A stretch of DNA of 64,000 nt. Source: Hydrolagus affinis (lineage: Eukaryota). A program made the position numbers and the translations under genes. The first letter of the stretch is position 1; each line of letters starts with the position of its first letter. The DNA lies in assembly GCA_012026655.1 (NCBI GenBank), contig JAAILG010000314.1, positions 1-64,000 on the forward strand, in the 5' to 3' direction. Shown here in pieces: positions 13,386 through 25,677 of this stretch. The notes beneath the pieces are model-generated. The model was not told the DNA's origin, ran no database searches, and saw nothing but the letters and a program-made list of their open reading frames with translations.

Positions 13386-14394
13386 CAGTATTGTAATTTG
13401 CACTGTAGAGAGCACACACCCGGTAACCCCAATTCTAGAGCATGAGGTCAAACACTCTTCATATGACGTTCCCACTTAATGAAAATTGTTATCTTTGTAC
13501 TCTGTTGCCAACTCAAAAGATAGATGTGTTATTGAAGGCATTAGCGACACTGATAGCACTGAATAATATTATTCAGCTATTTTTGAAACCGCTCAATGAT
13601 TCCAATTTTGTTTCACATAGACAGAAGTATTCACAAGCTGTAAGCCCAAAAGGCAATTGAGCCAATGTGTCTCTGCCAATTAACAGCTTTACCTATGTCC
13701 CATTCTTACAGTCCAGAAAACGAAACTCAGTGATGACACCAAATCTTGATCAGAGTTTTACAAGTTCTGAAGAGAAATTCTAATTGGAGCTCAATTTGTT
13801 GTCAAGCGCAGAAAGATTGGGCTTTAAGCCATTAAACTGATGCAGAAAGTAAAGTAAAATTCCACCTGGATCTACATTTACCCTAACATAGAATTTTAGA
13901 GTGTCCGGAATTTGACAATTTATTTTAAACAATTCCAAATTCCATTGCTCCTGATATTAGAGCTCATTTTCCAAGGAGGTTCCATGTGGTTCACTTCAAG
14001 GACGGTCTGATTCTGAATCATTAGTCAGTAGGAAACCGTCTTTTAAGCGTTGTCTCCGGGTGTTTCGTTCCTTTTATTAACCTTGAAAAACATTTTGCGA
14101 TCTTCTATTTGCTATTCTCTTTTGTTGAGCTCAGAGAGCTAAGAGTGCACAAATGGTTCACAAAATTAACTTTGGTGCTGGCTGGCTGCACAGACCAGCT
14201 TGAGTCCATTGTAATGGCCAGATTTACCATCACTGCAGCAACCCTTCTTGAGTAAGTAATAGTTAGTTTAGCATTTGGCTTCCTGCATGTACCGATGTAC
14301 AAGTGAGTTCAATGGTGCAAACAAATGGTGCGTAAAATGTCACCCTCGGTAATCTATGTAGATGGTTTATTAATTATTGGAAATTTATTAATCT

Positions 14395-14770
14395 GTGGAG
14401 TCCTGTAGCTCAGTGGTTAGAGTACTCGCCTTGCAAACGAGAGACCTAGGTTTGATTCCAGGCAGGGTGAAACCTTGGACAAGTTTCCTTGCTACACATG
14501 CCTGATAATAATCCCTCAAGAAAAAAACAGCAATCATTAATTAGCCATTTCAATTCACGACTGTTTGTGGGACAGTCGTGAATCAAAATGTCCAATTAAT
14601 TATTATTGTGATTGTCACAGCAATTATTGTTGCTGTGTGCAATTAGCTGCTGTGTTTCGCCCACATATATACAGTCAATTCTCTTTACAGTATATTCTGT
14701 GAAGCGCTTTGAGACATCTAGAAGACATGAAAAGCGCTGTCAAAAGCAAGGATTAATTATTATTACTACT
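14395..14770 (+). mobile_element. tRNA-derived SINE with internal inverted duplication
   Basis: Full head and tail. Body interrupted at ~14572-14630 by an inverted copy of the preceding sequence. Confidence 0.9.
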
Positions 14771-15073
14771 ACAAAAACACCATCAATTTGCACTGTATCA
14801 AATGCAAGAAATATGATTATTACTTTATTTGAGCCAATTAATAATAATAATCCTTGCATCTAATATAGCTCCTCATATATACTGTATATACTGTACTGTA
14901 AAGTGAATTTACTGTATTTTGTAGTTGAAAACTTTTCACTTTCAAACGCAAAAATTATGCAAAATTTATAAATGATTGCGTGGGATTTGGGGTTAATTTG
15001 GAAGATCGGTCCCCCAAAACAGGGAAACTTATTTGAAGTCAGTGCAACTAAGCATACATCAGAGTATAATAAT

Positions 15074-15208
15074 ATAATGAAAGGTGATCAGTCTGAAGCA
15101 TTAACTCACTTTCCTCTCTCCAAAAATGCTGCCTGACCTGCTGAGTGTTCTCAGCGACTTCTGATTTGATTTCAGATTTCCTGCATCTGTAGTATTTTGC
15201 CTTCTGTT
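15074..15208 (+). mobile_element. Penelope-like element terminal fragment
   Basis: atgaaaggtgatcagtctgaagcattaactc...atgctgcctgacctgctgagt...atttcagatttcctgcatctgtagtattttgc resembles a recalled common chondrichthyan Penelope end. Confidence 0.6.
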
Positions 15209-15624
15209 TACATGCTCATTCTTGTTGGCTGAAAATGATCATTAATCATTCGGCAAAATGATTTAACAATATTAGGGCAGCTTTCACAAAACAATCTTAG
15301 ATGAAACACATCAATGTTTATGTATTCCATTGTTAGTCTATCATATAATCTCATCTAAATGTTTTCTTTCACAACATAACCTTAATTTAGCTTTTTCATT
15401 TTCTAATCTTATTTAGTGGCTTTGCATATTCATAGTTGCGGATAGTTAAGGATTAAATTATAGATAACGCTAATTAATTTGGCTCAGCAAAATGTATTAG
15501 ATTAAATTATTCGATTACAGATTTTTGGATAGTATTCTAAAACTTCCCATGGTCAGACATATTTCCATAGAAATTTACAGCACAGACGAAGACCTTTAAC
15601 AGCAACTTTTCATTCCACACTTAC

Positions 15625-15756
15625 TTGTACTTCTTAAAGGAAAGACCCATGTGTTGTTTCATTTGCTGTAGTCCATGATAATCCGTGTAAATAATGTCAA
15701 AGGCTAGAGGTGAGGTCAGAGGGCAGCTTCCTCTCCCAGGAGGGACACCTAAGAAA
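15625..15756 (-). CDS. MGAT5B: MGAT5B internal coding exon (132 nt, phase 2-2)
   Basis: Not in the ORF track. Manual translation: (S)FLGVPPGRGSCPLTSPLAFDIIYTDYHGLQQMKQHMGLSFKKY. Acceptor ttttgtcatctag|T completes AG+T=Ser with the previous exon. Donor TACAA|gtaagt. Confidence 0.96.
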
Positions 15757-17124
15757 CTAGATGACAAAATACTTCATTAGCATCCAGGCACTGTGAGACG
15801 TGAAAGCATTCATTTTCCTTCGTTAAAAACACTTTCCAAAAGGATTTAATCATTTTGATACGATTCAAAATACGGCTCATTCTTTATCTGCAAAACAAGT
15901 TTCCCATTCTATACTAAGCTTTGAGCGCAGATGCATTGAAATGTTCAACAGACATAATGTCAGATATAATGTCTCATCTGAAAAATAACAGACAGATTGG
16001 ATACAGGTAGGCTATGTATTTACCACCCAAACTCCACAAGTCTCTCACATTCACCACAATACACATTTTGTACAACACGCACTTGGATTCCCAAAGTCAG
16101 CATAGCAATTACAATGTTGTCGACAAACCAATGTCATCAGCAACATTCTGTGGAAGAAAGTTCCTGAATTCTCTCACTGGGAAAGATACAACCCACTGGA
16201 GTCTGAAAGCTCTGCCATTGATTATTCTGATTGCCGGGGCACAGCTAGTGAACCAAATAAAATGGAGTTATCAATCATGCATTTTCATCGACAGAATATT
16301 AGGCAGCTTGTCACTTTATGTTGGGATTCAGTCATCAAGTTTGTCACAGACATAAATATAGTGGCAGCAAAGTTGCTGCATAAACAAGGCAGAAAGGGAA
16401 AGCTTGATTTCTGACACTGCGCAATTATTTGAAGCTGATTTCTTTGCACAATTTCACGACCGACACTTGATTTTCTGTTGCAGTAGCTCGGCAACATTTA
16501 GGATGTTTTGATGGGTATAGAAACTGTACGTTTTACTGCGGTAGCTTAGTGTGTCAACATAGCACAGCCGACAGGAACACAATCATCTGTTGCGATATTG
16601 CTCAGTGAATAATGCGAACTCTTGGAATAGTTAAGATGTCCCCATAGAGATGTCAAGGGCCTTAAGCATGAATTATGCAGTTCAACAGGATCGGTCTATA
16701 TTCCATAGGCTTGCACATGTCAGCAAAACACAACTTCAAATTTCATAAGCTCAATTTAGAATTTGCCTCTATTTGACCTCCAATTTACTGTTTATTTTAT
16801 TACGAGCCATCAATGATTAGGTTGTAACTTTTCCTTCCATTTTGCTCCTGCTCTGCTGGGCCACACATAGATCTTGTGATCTTGGATCACTGCCAAACGC
16901 TTCCCTCCCTAATTTCAAAACAATCTTAAAATTCTCTTTGACTGTACATTTGCTGAAGATCTTTATATCTCCCTCTTCTCTGTTGGGTGCTCTCTGCTAT
17001 AGATATACAAAACTTGAAAGGTTCCCTTTATATGAAAGGATCTATAACAAGTGATCCGTAGAAAAGTTAGACTTGAGATACAAAAAAATCTTATTGTTGG
17101 TATTGTTAATGATGATAGCTGTTT

Positions 17125-17398
17125 TGGAGTCCTGTAGCTCAGTGATTGGAGCATTCACCTTGCAAGTGAGATATGGGTTCGTTTCCAGGCAGGGAGAATC
17201 CTTGGAATAATAAAGTGGTCACTTCAATCCACAATTGTTTGTGATTGGGACACTGCTGTGCACAACTGGTTGCTGCGTTTTGCCCACAAAATATACAGTT
17301 AATTCACTTTACAATATATTCTGTAAAGAGCTTTAAAACGTCTAGAAGATGTGAAAAGCGCTACATCAAATGGAAGGATTATTATGATTATTACTATA
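17125..17398 (+). mobile_element. tRNA-derived SINE
   Basis: tggagtcctgtagctcagtg head, internal deletion, (TTA)-like tail. Confidence 0.88.
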
Positions 17399-17809
17399 CC
17401 TAGGTGATGGGTCCTGGTTTGCTTACTTTGAATCTTGCAATCTTCAATTTTAACCGAATAAAAGCTTTTTTTTAAAAAAAAGCCATGAGTGATTTGACCA
17501 CAGTAACTGGAACACAATGGAGTTAGCAAAAGAGAATTCAGAGATATCTCATGTGAGGTACTACAGTGAACACATTATGTGTCATTAAGCCACACCAGCC
17601 ATCAGTGAGACTCTGGATGTGCGTGGCAAGGGTGAGGGATGTCAAGCATATCATCATGCTGCCTTCGTAATCAGTCACCCTATGTTTATTTGGAAACATT
17701 TGTTGAGTTCCCTGTTATTTCTATTTGTTGTTCACCAGTCAATTAACGCCCCAGTACATATACTGAAGCACAAGTTGCATTGAAACACATGTCAGTGCAA
17801 CTGCAACAT

Positions 17810-17858
17810 TGATCCAGTCCCAGTCGGTATCCTGATCCAGTCCCAGTCAGTAATCCTG
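17810..17858. repeat. 23-bp tandem duplication
   Basis: tgatccagtcccagtcggtatcc / tgatccagtcccagtcagtaatcc. Confidence 0.85.
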
Positions 17859-18157
17859 GAAATGTTTGTTTACACCTTTATGTAATTAATCAGAAAATAA
17901 AACCTTGCCCTTGACATTAAAGGGAAAGTGTGTGGAGGTAACTCTTTTAAAGCCTGCCACAACTTCGCCACACCCTACAACAACAACAACTTTGATTTAA
18001 ATAGCGCCCTCCATGCCGGACGGCGTCTCAGAGCCTACATCCGTGACCTTCTAACTCCCTTACCAACCTGCCCGCCCCCTCTGCTCAGCAGGCTCTGGCT
18101 TGAAATTAATTCGGGTTCGTTTGGTGAGGACAAAACTTCTGATGCAAAGAACTGAAC

Positions 18158-18449
18158 AGTAGAACGGCATGCCAGCAATTGAAGTGGGGGTAAATTCGAA
18201 ACAAATCTGAGGAAATACTACTTCAGGGAGCGAGTAGTAAACTTATGGAGCAGGCTTCCCGGGGAGACAGTGAAAGCGGAAAATGTCATTCATTTCAAGA
18301 ATAAATTAGATATAATTCTGCTGGAATATAATATCTCGTGATATAGTATACAATTTGGGACATGACATGTCAAGTGACTGCCAGGATGTTGGAAGGTAAA
18401 CTAGATGGACCTTGGTCCTCTTTCGCCAGCAAATTCTTGTGTTCCTATG
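18158..18449 (+). mobile_element. CR1 3' fragment (different subfamily)
   Basis: gaggaaatactacttcagggagcgagtagtaaacttatggagc (RKYYFRERVVNLWS) and ctagatggacc...gttcctatg tail. Confidence 0.78.
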
Positions 18450-19365
18450 AACTCACCGATTGAGACAGTGGAAACAAATAGAATGTGGAAGGTGCCAGCT
18501 GCTTGAATGGAGATATTCCATCTGTTGCAGTCCGAAATCAATCTTACATTGACTCACCATGCTAAGCTCCCAGCCTGAAAGACCACCATCACTGGATCGG
18601 TCAGTCTCCAACTGGCTTCTATTAATGTGAGGAAACAACAGTTTCCTTCCTACCCTTAGAGACTGACCAAAAGAAACGTCAGGGATGAGAGCAAACAAAA
18701 ATCTGGCCCTATCATCTTGTACCTTAATTTTCCCTTATAATACTGACTGTACCATAAATAACTGCAATGTTTTCTCCCTGCCCTGACTCGATAGACTGAT
18801 AGACTCTTCCAAAGAATTGAAAATTGTCAAACAAAGCCTTTTTATTACATATGTGTTCTCAATACATTTCCCACTAATTTCCGTTACTGTCCCCTGACCC
18901 AACTTTAGTAATAATCCTGGTTTATTTTATCTATCCCATTAAATATTTGAGACGTTGTCAAAGAAAATTACAAATACTTCTGTTGCTTCTCCCTCTCCTC
19001 CCAAGTGACGTTCAACTTTAAAGTCAAAATCCAACTCAGATGCTAATCTTTGTCAATTATTTGAGTTTTGGTGTTTTACTGTTCAGCGCCAATCAATTGG
19101 AACATTTTATCTCAAGACAACACACGTCTCGACCAGCTGTATCTCTCTGTGAAACATTCCAAGCATTTTTTTTGTCAAGTGTTTCAATTAAGGTTAATTG
19201 ACCATTGAATAATTAACTGGGCCATGTTCAAAGATTTGCAAACTGCTTATTTGTGTTTGAAGTTTACAGAAGGGCCGATTCAAGCATAATCCTGCAGCAA
19301 AGATGAAATTGCCTGGAGTTCCAGTCAGAGATTTATCAGGGTGTATATTGTTTTTCATTTCGATT

Positions 19366-19745
19366 ACAATAATAATCATTCCTGCATTTCACATTGCACC
19401 TCATCACATCAACATGTCATAAAGTACTTCACGGAATTTTATGTAAAGTGTGATGACGGTATATTTGTAGCTGAATGTGACAGCCAAATTGCACACAACA
19501 AAGTCCCACAAACAGCCACGGAAATGATTGACCAATTTTATATGGGGAATTGTTGGCAAGGCACAGGAGCAACTCAATTCTCTTTTCAATTTAGTGCCAT
19601 GGGACCTTTTGACATTCAACTGAACAAGCAGATACTTCCTCAATGTAATGTATCACCCAAAGGAAGACACACAACAATGCAGCTCTCTCCCCAACACAGC
19701 TCTCTCAGCCTGGACTATAAACTCAAAGACCTGATGTTACCAACT
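19366..19745 (-). mobile_element. Older Deu-SINE, diverged
   Basis: cagccaaattgcacacaacaaagtcccacaaacagc...agtgccatgggacctttt. Confidence 0.65.
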
Positions 19746-20046
19746 GCACGGCATAATGGTCCATTAGTTTCTTAGGGCTAATATCACATTGTGCCATTAT
19801 AAAGAGGTAAAAATAATGATCACTAATTTAGTGTTGGGTGTAACACAGCCTCCAATGTTAGAATGACTCAGTAAAGCATCACCATGGTGGCTGGCATTAC
19901 ATTAAATAAATCTAATCTCTTGTTACTCATTAAGCAAATATGCATTATGTGCTTGAACTATAACTATCATGACATCCCATGTAATCAGAACTGTTACATT
20001 CATGAAGCACTTGTGTTGTTTGACCATGCTTGTTATTTCACAATTA

Positions 20047-20255
20047 TAACAACAACAACAAAATTACATTTGTATAGTGCCTTTCATGTCAGGAGGAAGT
20101 CCCAAGGCGCCGGCCAGTTACTGCATCAGACCCGAGCTGAGGACGGGGGGAGAGAAGTGGAGGGGGGGAAGGAGGGAGAGAGGGGGGGATAAGAAGTTAC
20201 CGATGGGTTCATCGAAGAGGAGAGTCTTGAAGCGAGACTTGAAGGAGGCCAGGGA
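20047..20255 (-). mobile_element. L2 3' end (family B)
   Basis: aacaacaacaaaattacatttgtatagtgcctttcatgtcaggagg...; minus strand [11 protein letters not shown]. Confidence 0.82.
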
Positions 20256-20274
20256 GAAATAACAACTTGCATTT

Positions 20275-20465
20275 GAGAATAATAATCCTTGCATTTGATA
20301 CAGAGTCTTATCAGATCTTTGAAACATCTCAAAGTGCTTCACAGGATATACCGTAAAGTGAATTGGCTGCATATTTGGTGGGCAAAACAAGGCAACTAAT
20401 TGAGCACAACAGTGTCCCACCTACAAAACAGTCGTGGATTGAGTGACCAAAATATTATTATTTTT
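20275..20465 (-). mobile_element. 5'-truncated SINE adjoining an L2 fragment
   Basis: aataataatccttgcatttgata...cagtgtccca...cagtcgtggattga. Confidence 0.8.
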
Positions 20466-21909
20466 TATTTATGAATTACCACAATAAATTGTTTTTCACA
20501 TAAGGTAACATCTTCGATGGTGCCCGACCCTAAGGAAGGAGGGGGGTAAAGGGAAACATAGATTTGTAGATGTGATTTATTAATAATAATAATCCTTACA
20601 TTTGATTTAGGACATCGCAAAGTGCTTCACAGGATTTACTGTAATCGTGCATCTTATGGACGAAAGCAGTGAGCATCAGTGCTGAAAGATTCAAGATCTA
20701 AAATCCTGCGTTAATGCATCTTTAAGACATCTTAAATTGCCAATAAACATTTACTTACAAATTGTTGTTCAATTTAAAGGAACGTAACTGTTATTTAAAT
20801 ATACCAATATTTAAGTTTGTAACACCCATGTATTTACAGTTAATATAATTTAGACTGTATGAAGCACTGAAAAAGTATCCGCAGCATATTTGCAAGGGTG
20901 TTTTAGCTGTTATTTGCGATAACAAACTGGTTCACTGAGAGGAAAGAGAGAAATTTGTCACCTCAAATGACAGTCTTCTGAGGATTCCTTTGTTAGATTC
21001 ATTTCTATCTAGATCTTATTATAGACACAGTTGTTCCACATTCTCAACCATTTTGGTATTCTTCACAATTTTTTTGCTTCAAACATAAACTGTTTTAGTT
21101 GGGACCAAGGAGCAAATGCAGCAATCTAGGCCATTTGTCGATGTTCCATTGCCGTTTCTCTGCTGCTCGCTAGAGCGGAACTAAACCGAATGCAAACTAG
21201 AAGCGGCTTTCACGTGTGCAGGTTAATTTGAATGTACGGTATCTGAATTTGGCCCAAATGCAACCATTTTCGGGTTGACTGCTCCTGTCTTTTTAATGCG
21301 GCAATGTGAATATGCAGTGGGACAAAGCAAAAAACACACATGCTAAATAAATCAGTGCTCTCACACACCTCCAGGATCCCATGCCAATCTTGTACAGGCT
21401 ATAAATGATCCACGCCATGCCAAGTATCTGGTTGAAGTGAGCGCAGTACTTTTAAACTGATTTTTTGTGAAGCCATCGTCATCTCTCGTTCACTCCTATG
21501 AAACCATGTTATAGTGAGGTGTCCACATACTCTGTATTCTTCATCAGTACATTGATGTCCAGTAATAACTAGTTACTAAACTAGTTCAATTAAGAGAGGC
21601 CAAATGTCCGTCACATTATTTCATGAACTCCAGATGTAAATCCCAATGCAAGCGACTTTAAAGCTGAACGGTCCCCACTGCAAAGTCATTGACACGGAGA
21701 GACACATATTATTAACATTACCTGCCAGAACAAGAACCATTGCCCAGAATGTATGAGCAATATCATAGCGAGACTTCTCAAAGCGCTTCACAGGAATTTT
21801 ACAGGAAATGTTGTGACTGTATTTGTAGGTGATCCCAGCAGCTAATTTGCCCAGAACACTGTCCCACCAACATCCATGAAGTGAATGACCAATATTACAT
21901 AATTTTTGA

Positions 21910-22227
21910 TGGAGTCCTGTAGCTCAGCGTTTAGAGCACTCATCTTACAAGCGAGAGATCTGGGTTCGATTCCTGGCAGGGTAAAACCTTGGGCAAGTTT
22001 CCTTACTCTACACACCTGATAATAATCCCTCAAAAACATAACAGTAAATCGGTCATTTCAATCCACGACTGTTTGTGGGACACTGCAGTGTGCAATTGAC
22101 TGCCTTGTTTCACTTACATATATACAGTCAATTCACTTTATGGTATATTCTGTGAAGCACTTTGAGACGTGATAAGGCGCTATATCAAATGGAGGGATTA
22201 TTATTATAATTATTATTACTATATTAC
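21910..22227 (+). mobile_element. tRNA-derived SINE nested in an older minus-strand Deu-SINE
   Basis: Full head and tail. Flanks (~21770-21905 and ~22228-22327) read as two halves of an older SINE (…gatctttaacatccacccgaac…ctcatccgaagg). Confidence 0.85.
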
Positions 22228-23704
22228 TCTGGGGAATTTTCTGGGGAATAGTGCCGGAGATCTTTAACATCCACCCGAACTGGCAGACATGACCTTTGTT
22301 TAAAAAAACTCATCCGAAGGATAGCACAGATTGGGTTCAGTGTATGCCTTTCACTGACAATTCAATTTGCACCAGCTGATCAAGGCAAGTGATATATTGT
22401 ATATATATAAAGCAGTATTTTTAGAGTAATTGTCTCCCCTGCTCCTCAGTATTGATGATACAGTATTATTAAGGAACAGTTTACTGAGCTGTAACTTTGC
22501 TATTTCACTTCACTATTTGCATAAAAATGCAAATGAGTAACTGAAAGCGGCAGAAAATATTCCAATGCCTTTTTCGTAGGGAATACAAATAACGATGCCT
22601 TCAAAAAAAAATTACACAACCGCGAGACATCCTCTGGGGAAATCATCACTTAAGAGCTGAACAAGTTCTCAACTTCAAAGGAAGAGCAGAATAAGCGACT
22701 TAGCATTTCAAAAGTTGAGCTGTGTTTTATTAATTTTCATTGTAAAAATAATTGTGCATCGAGAGGATACCCCACCACAGTAATGATAACTATTAGAAAT
22801 GCAATTTAATTAATGCGTCTCCTCTGGGGACATGAAAACACATCACTGTGCATCTGAAGATCAGGTTCCCATTCCCCCATCAAACCACTGGTTAACAGGC
22901 TTAAAAATATATTTGCAGCAAGTGTATTAATTATTGAATACATTAATAATGAAATGTTCTTTGGGTCATGGACTTGAGGCAATTAATCATATCGCTGAGC
23001 ATTACATTTCAGACCATATGAAGAGTTTTGAACAATAAAAATATACATTTGGCTTCAAATAAATAAATAAATAATAGTAACAGAAAGACAGTATTTTTTA
23101 AGCGTTCGTTTGGATCGCAGTAATATTTTCACGTTGTAGTGAGGTCAGAAGTAATGGTTCACAGCCTTTCACTATCAAACAATGTGTAACTTTATTGAAA
23201 AAATTAATTAAAATCAGTTTATTGCACAGTTTCTTCCCTGCGGAATAGTTGGCAGTTTCATTTTATTTAAGATTGAAAGAACTTCAGCATCCAGAGGTGA
23301 ACATTTGGAGGGTTCTGCACTCCAAAACACAACTGCAATTCTTGCTCATTACATAATAGATCTAAAGCAGTATCCTGACGTGAAAGGTGCTCTATAAATG
23401 TAATTTTGGTTTGTTTGTTGTTGTTGTTGTTGTAATCGCAATGTTGAACATATCAATTCAAACTGATCTGTGTTGCATTCCACTGACTAGGAATGGAGAT
23501 TAATTTTACTTGATCTTTTGTGAAAGACAAATCTGTACTTTAAAACTTGATGAGATGAGTTTGCATTAAAAGCCTCTGGCTGAGTGGTAGAGTTTTCCCA
23601 AAGGAAAATAATTTGAATCGAATGCCTGGACAGATTAAAAAATACACAGCACTCCTGTCTGCAGCCAATGCAGTTCAAAGTAGAACTGGAACTCTACAGC
23701 ATTT

Positions 23705-24008
23705 GTGGAGTCCTGTAGCTCAGTGGTTAGAGCGCTCGCCTTGCAAGCGAGCGATCTTGGTTCAACGCCCAGGAGGGTGAAACCTTGGGCAAGTTTCTTT
23801 ACTCCACATGCTTAATAATAACCACTCAAGAAAAAAAAAGCAACAATAATTTGGTCAGTCAATCTACTACTGTTTGTGGGACACTGCTGTCTGCAATTGG
23901 CTGCCGTGTTTTGCCTACAAATATACCGTCAATTCACATTACAGCATATTCTGTGAAGCGCTTTGAGACATCCAGAGACGTGAAAAGTGCTATATCAAAT
24001 GCAAAGAT
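23705..24008 (+). mobile_element. tRNA-derived SINE, best-preserved cloverleaf head
   Basis: D arm GCTC/GAGC, anticodon arm CTCGC-CTTGCAA-GCGAG (TGC, Ala-like), followed by the SINE body. Confidence 0.9.
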
Positions 24009-24521
24009 GTAACGTTTGCTCAGGTGAATTTACCGACTGTACATTGAATTGTGTGTACTAATGCAGAGACTAAAATCGGGTTCATTCTGATCGATTTACT
24101 GATATCTGAATTGCTCAGGATTCAGCTTGATCAAACAACCTGATAATGTACAAAAAGTCTAAGCTTCCAACATGATAATTGACCAGCCAACCAAAGTGCT
24201 GGAAGCTAGTGGAGCCTCCACGAGAGATTGGGAAACTGAGGAGGAGAGAAAAATGGCCAAAACAAAACACAGCATCCACCTCGAATTTGAACAGAATAGA
24301 GAATACTCTATTGTCAATGTGAGCCTGTAGCTTTCAACTTGTGACTCTGCAAACTTTGGAACTTGCATTGTCTTGGAGCTGACAGTCAAACTGCATTATG
24401 TTGCATTGTTGACAACACCTGGCAGGGTGTTCCATATAGAACAACAGCACGCAGACCTAATCAATAGTAATGTCACGATGCATTAAATGTTGCAAGGTTA
24501 CCATTGATTGGCTGTTTCCAG

Positions 24522-24910
24522 ATAGGAACAGGAGAACATTTAGCTCCTTAGGCCATTCAATAGCTGATCTGTACCTCAACTCCAATTACAACAACAAAAT
24601 TACATTGATACAGCGCCTTTCACATCGGGAGGACGTCCTAAGGCACTGGAATTACCTGCCGTTGCCCTGTATCCCTTCATACCCTGACCTAACAAACCAG
24701 TCTTGAGAATGTGAATAGATCCAGCCGTAATCCGCAGCCTTTTGGGGAGAGAGTTCCGGATTCCCACTAGCCTTTTGGGAAAAAAACATTCCCGATTTCA
24801 TTCCTAAATACCTTGGCTCTAATTTTAAGATGATGCCCCCCTTGTTCTGTATTCCCCCACCAGAGGAAATAAGTTTCTCTGTAGCTACCCAATTATCATT
24901 ATAACACCTC
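24522..24910 (-). mobile_element. CR1 3' fragment containing a 60-bp L2 tail insertion
   Basis: ataggaacaggag...gagagttccggattccc...cccaccagaggaaat. Insertion at 24590-24649 with TSD aattac. Confidence 0.82.
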
Positions 24911-25359
24911 AAGTCAATTCACTTTACAATATATTCTGTGAAGCGCTTTGAGAGGTCTAGAAGACGTGAAAAGCGCTATATCAACTGCAAGGATTATTAT
25001 TATTATTAATAATATTATTGTTTGAATGAGCCTTTAAAGCAAACCGCCTGACTGTTTAGGTGGATGGTAAAGATCCCATCCTAATTGAATTAGAGAATGG
25101 TATTTACTCTCGGTGTCTTGGTCAACAATTCCCCCAGAAAATAAAACTCATCGTCATTCACTTCATGCTTTTTGTGGGTTGGTGCTGTGAGCAAATTGAG
25201 TATTCACAACGTGTTCAATTATAAATAGACAGTACAATACTTTATGATATACAGTAATATGCTGAAGGAATTTTTGACATGATAAGATACTATATCAAAT
25301 GGAAGGAATATTATTATGATTATTATTGCTAATTACTATTACTATTATTATTATTACTA

Positions 25360-25677
25360 GTGTAGCTCAGTGGTTGGAGCACTCGCCTTACAAGCGTGAG
25401 ACCTGTGTTCGAATCCAGGCAGATCAGGGCGATACCTTGGACAAGTTTGCTTACTCCACATGTCTAATAATAATCCATCCCAAAAATACAATAATAAAAA
25501 TGGTCAGTTCAATCCATGACTGTTAGTGGGACGCTGCTGTGAGCAATTGGCTGCTGCATTTCGCCCACAAATATACAGTCAATTCACTTTACAGTATATT
25601 CTGTGAAGCGCTTTGAGACGTCGACAAGATGTGAAAAGCCGCTATATCAAATGCAAGGATTATTATTATTATTACTA
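25360..25677 (+). mobile_element. tRNA-derived SINE inserted directly after the tail of an older SINE
   Basis: tgtagctcagtggttggagcactcgccttacaagcgtgagacc head and (TTA)n tail. Older Deu-SINE at ~25030-25355. Confidence 0.88.

Noticed and set aside
18453-18698. ORF containing DFGLQQME and ending at a phase-2 gtgagt donor, resembling exon DYHGLQQMK (possible duplicated or mutually exclusive exon)
   Set aside because: Similarity is limited to about 6 residues. There is no GVPPGRGSCP or YTD equivalent and no suitable acceptor, and the donor-like site is at a CR1 tail junction. Treated as chance.
23707-23780. tRNA-Ala(TGC)-like gene
   Set aside because: It continues directly into the SINE body, has an imperfect acceptor stem and T arm, and occurs in many diverged copies. 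It is a SINE head, not a tRNA gene.
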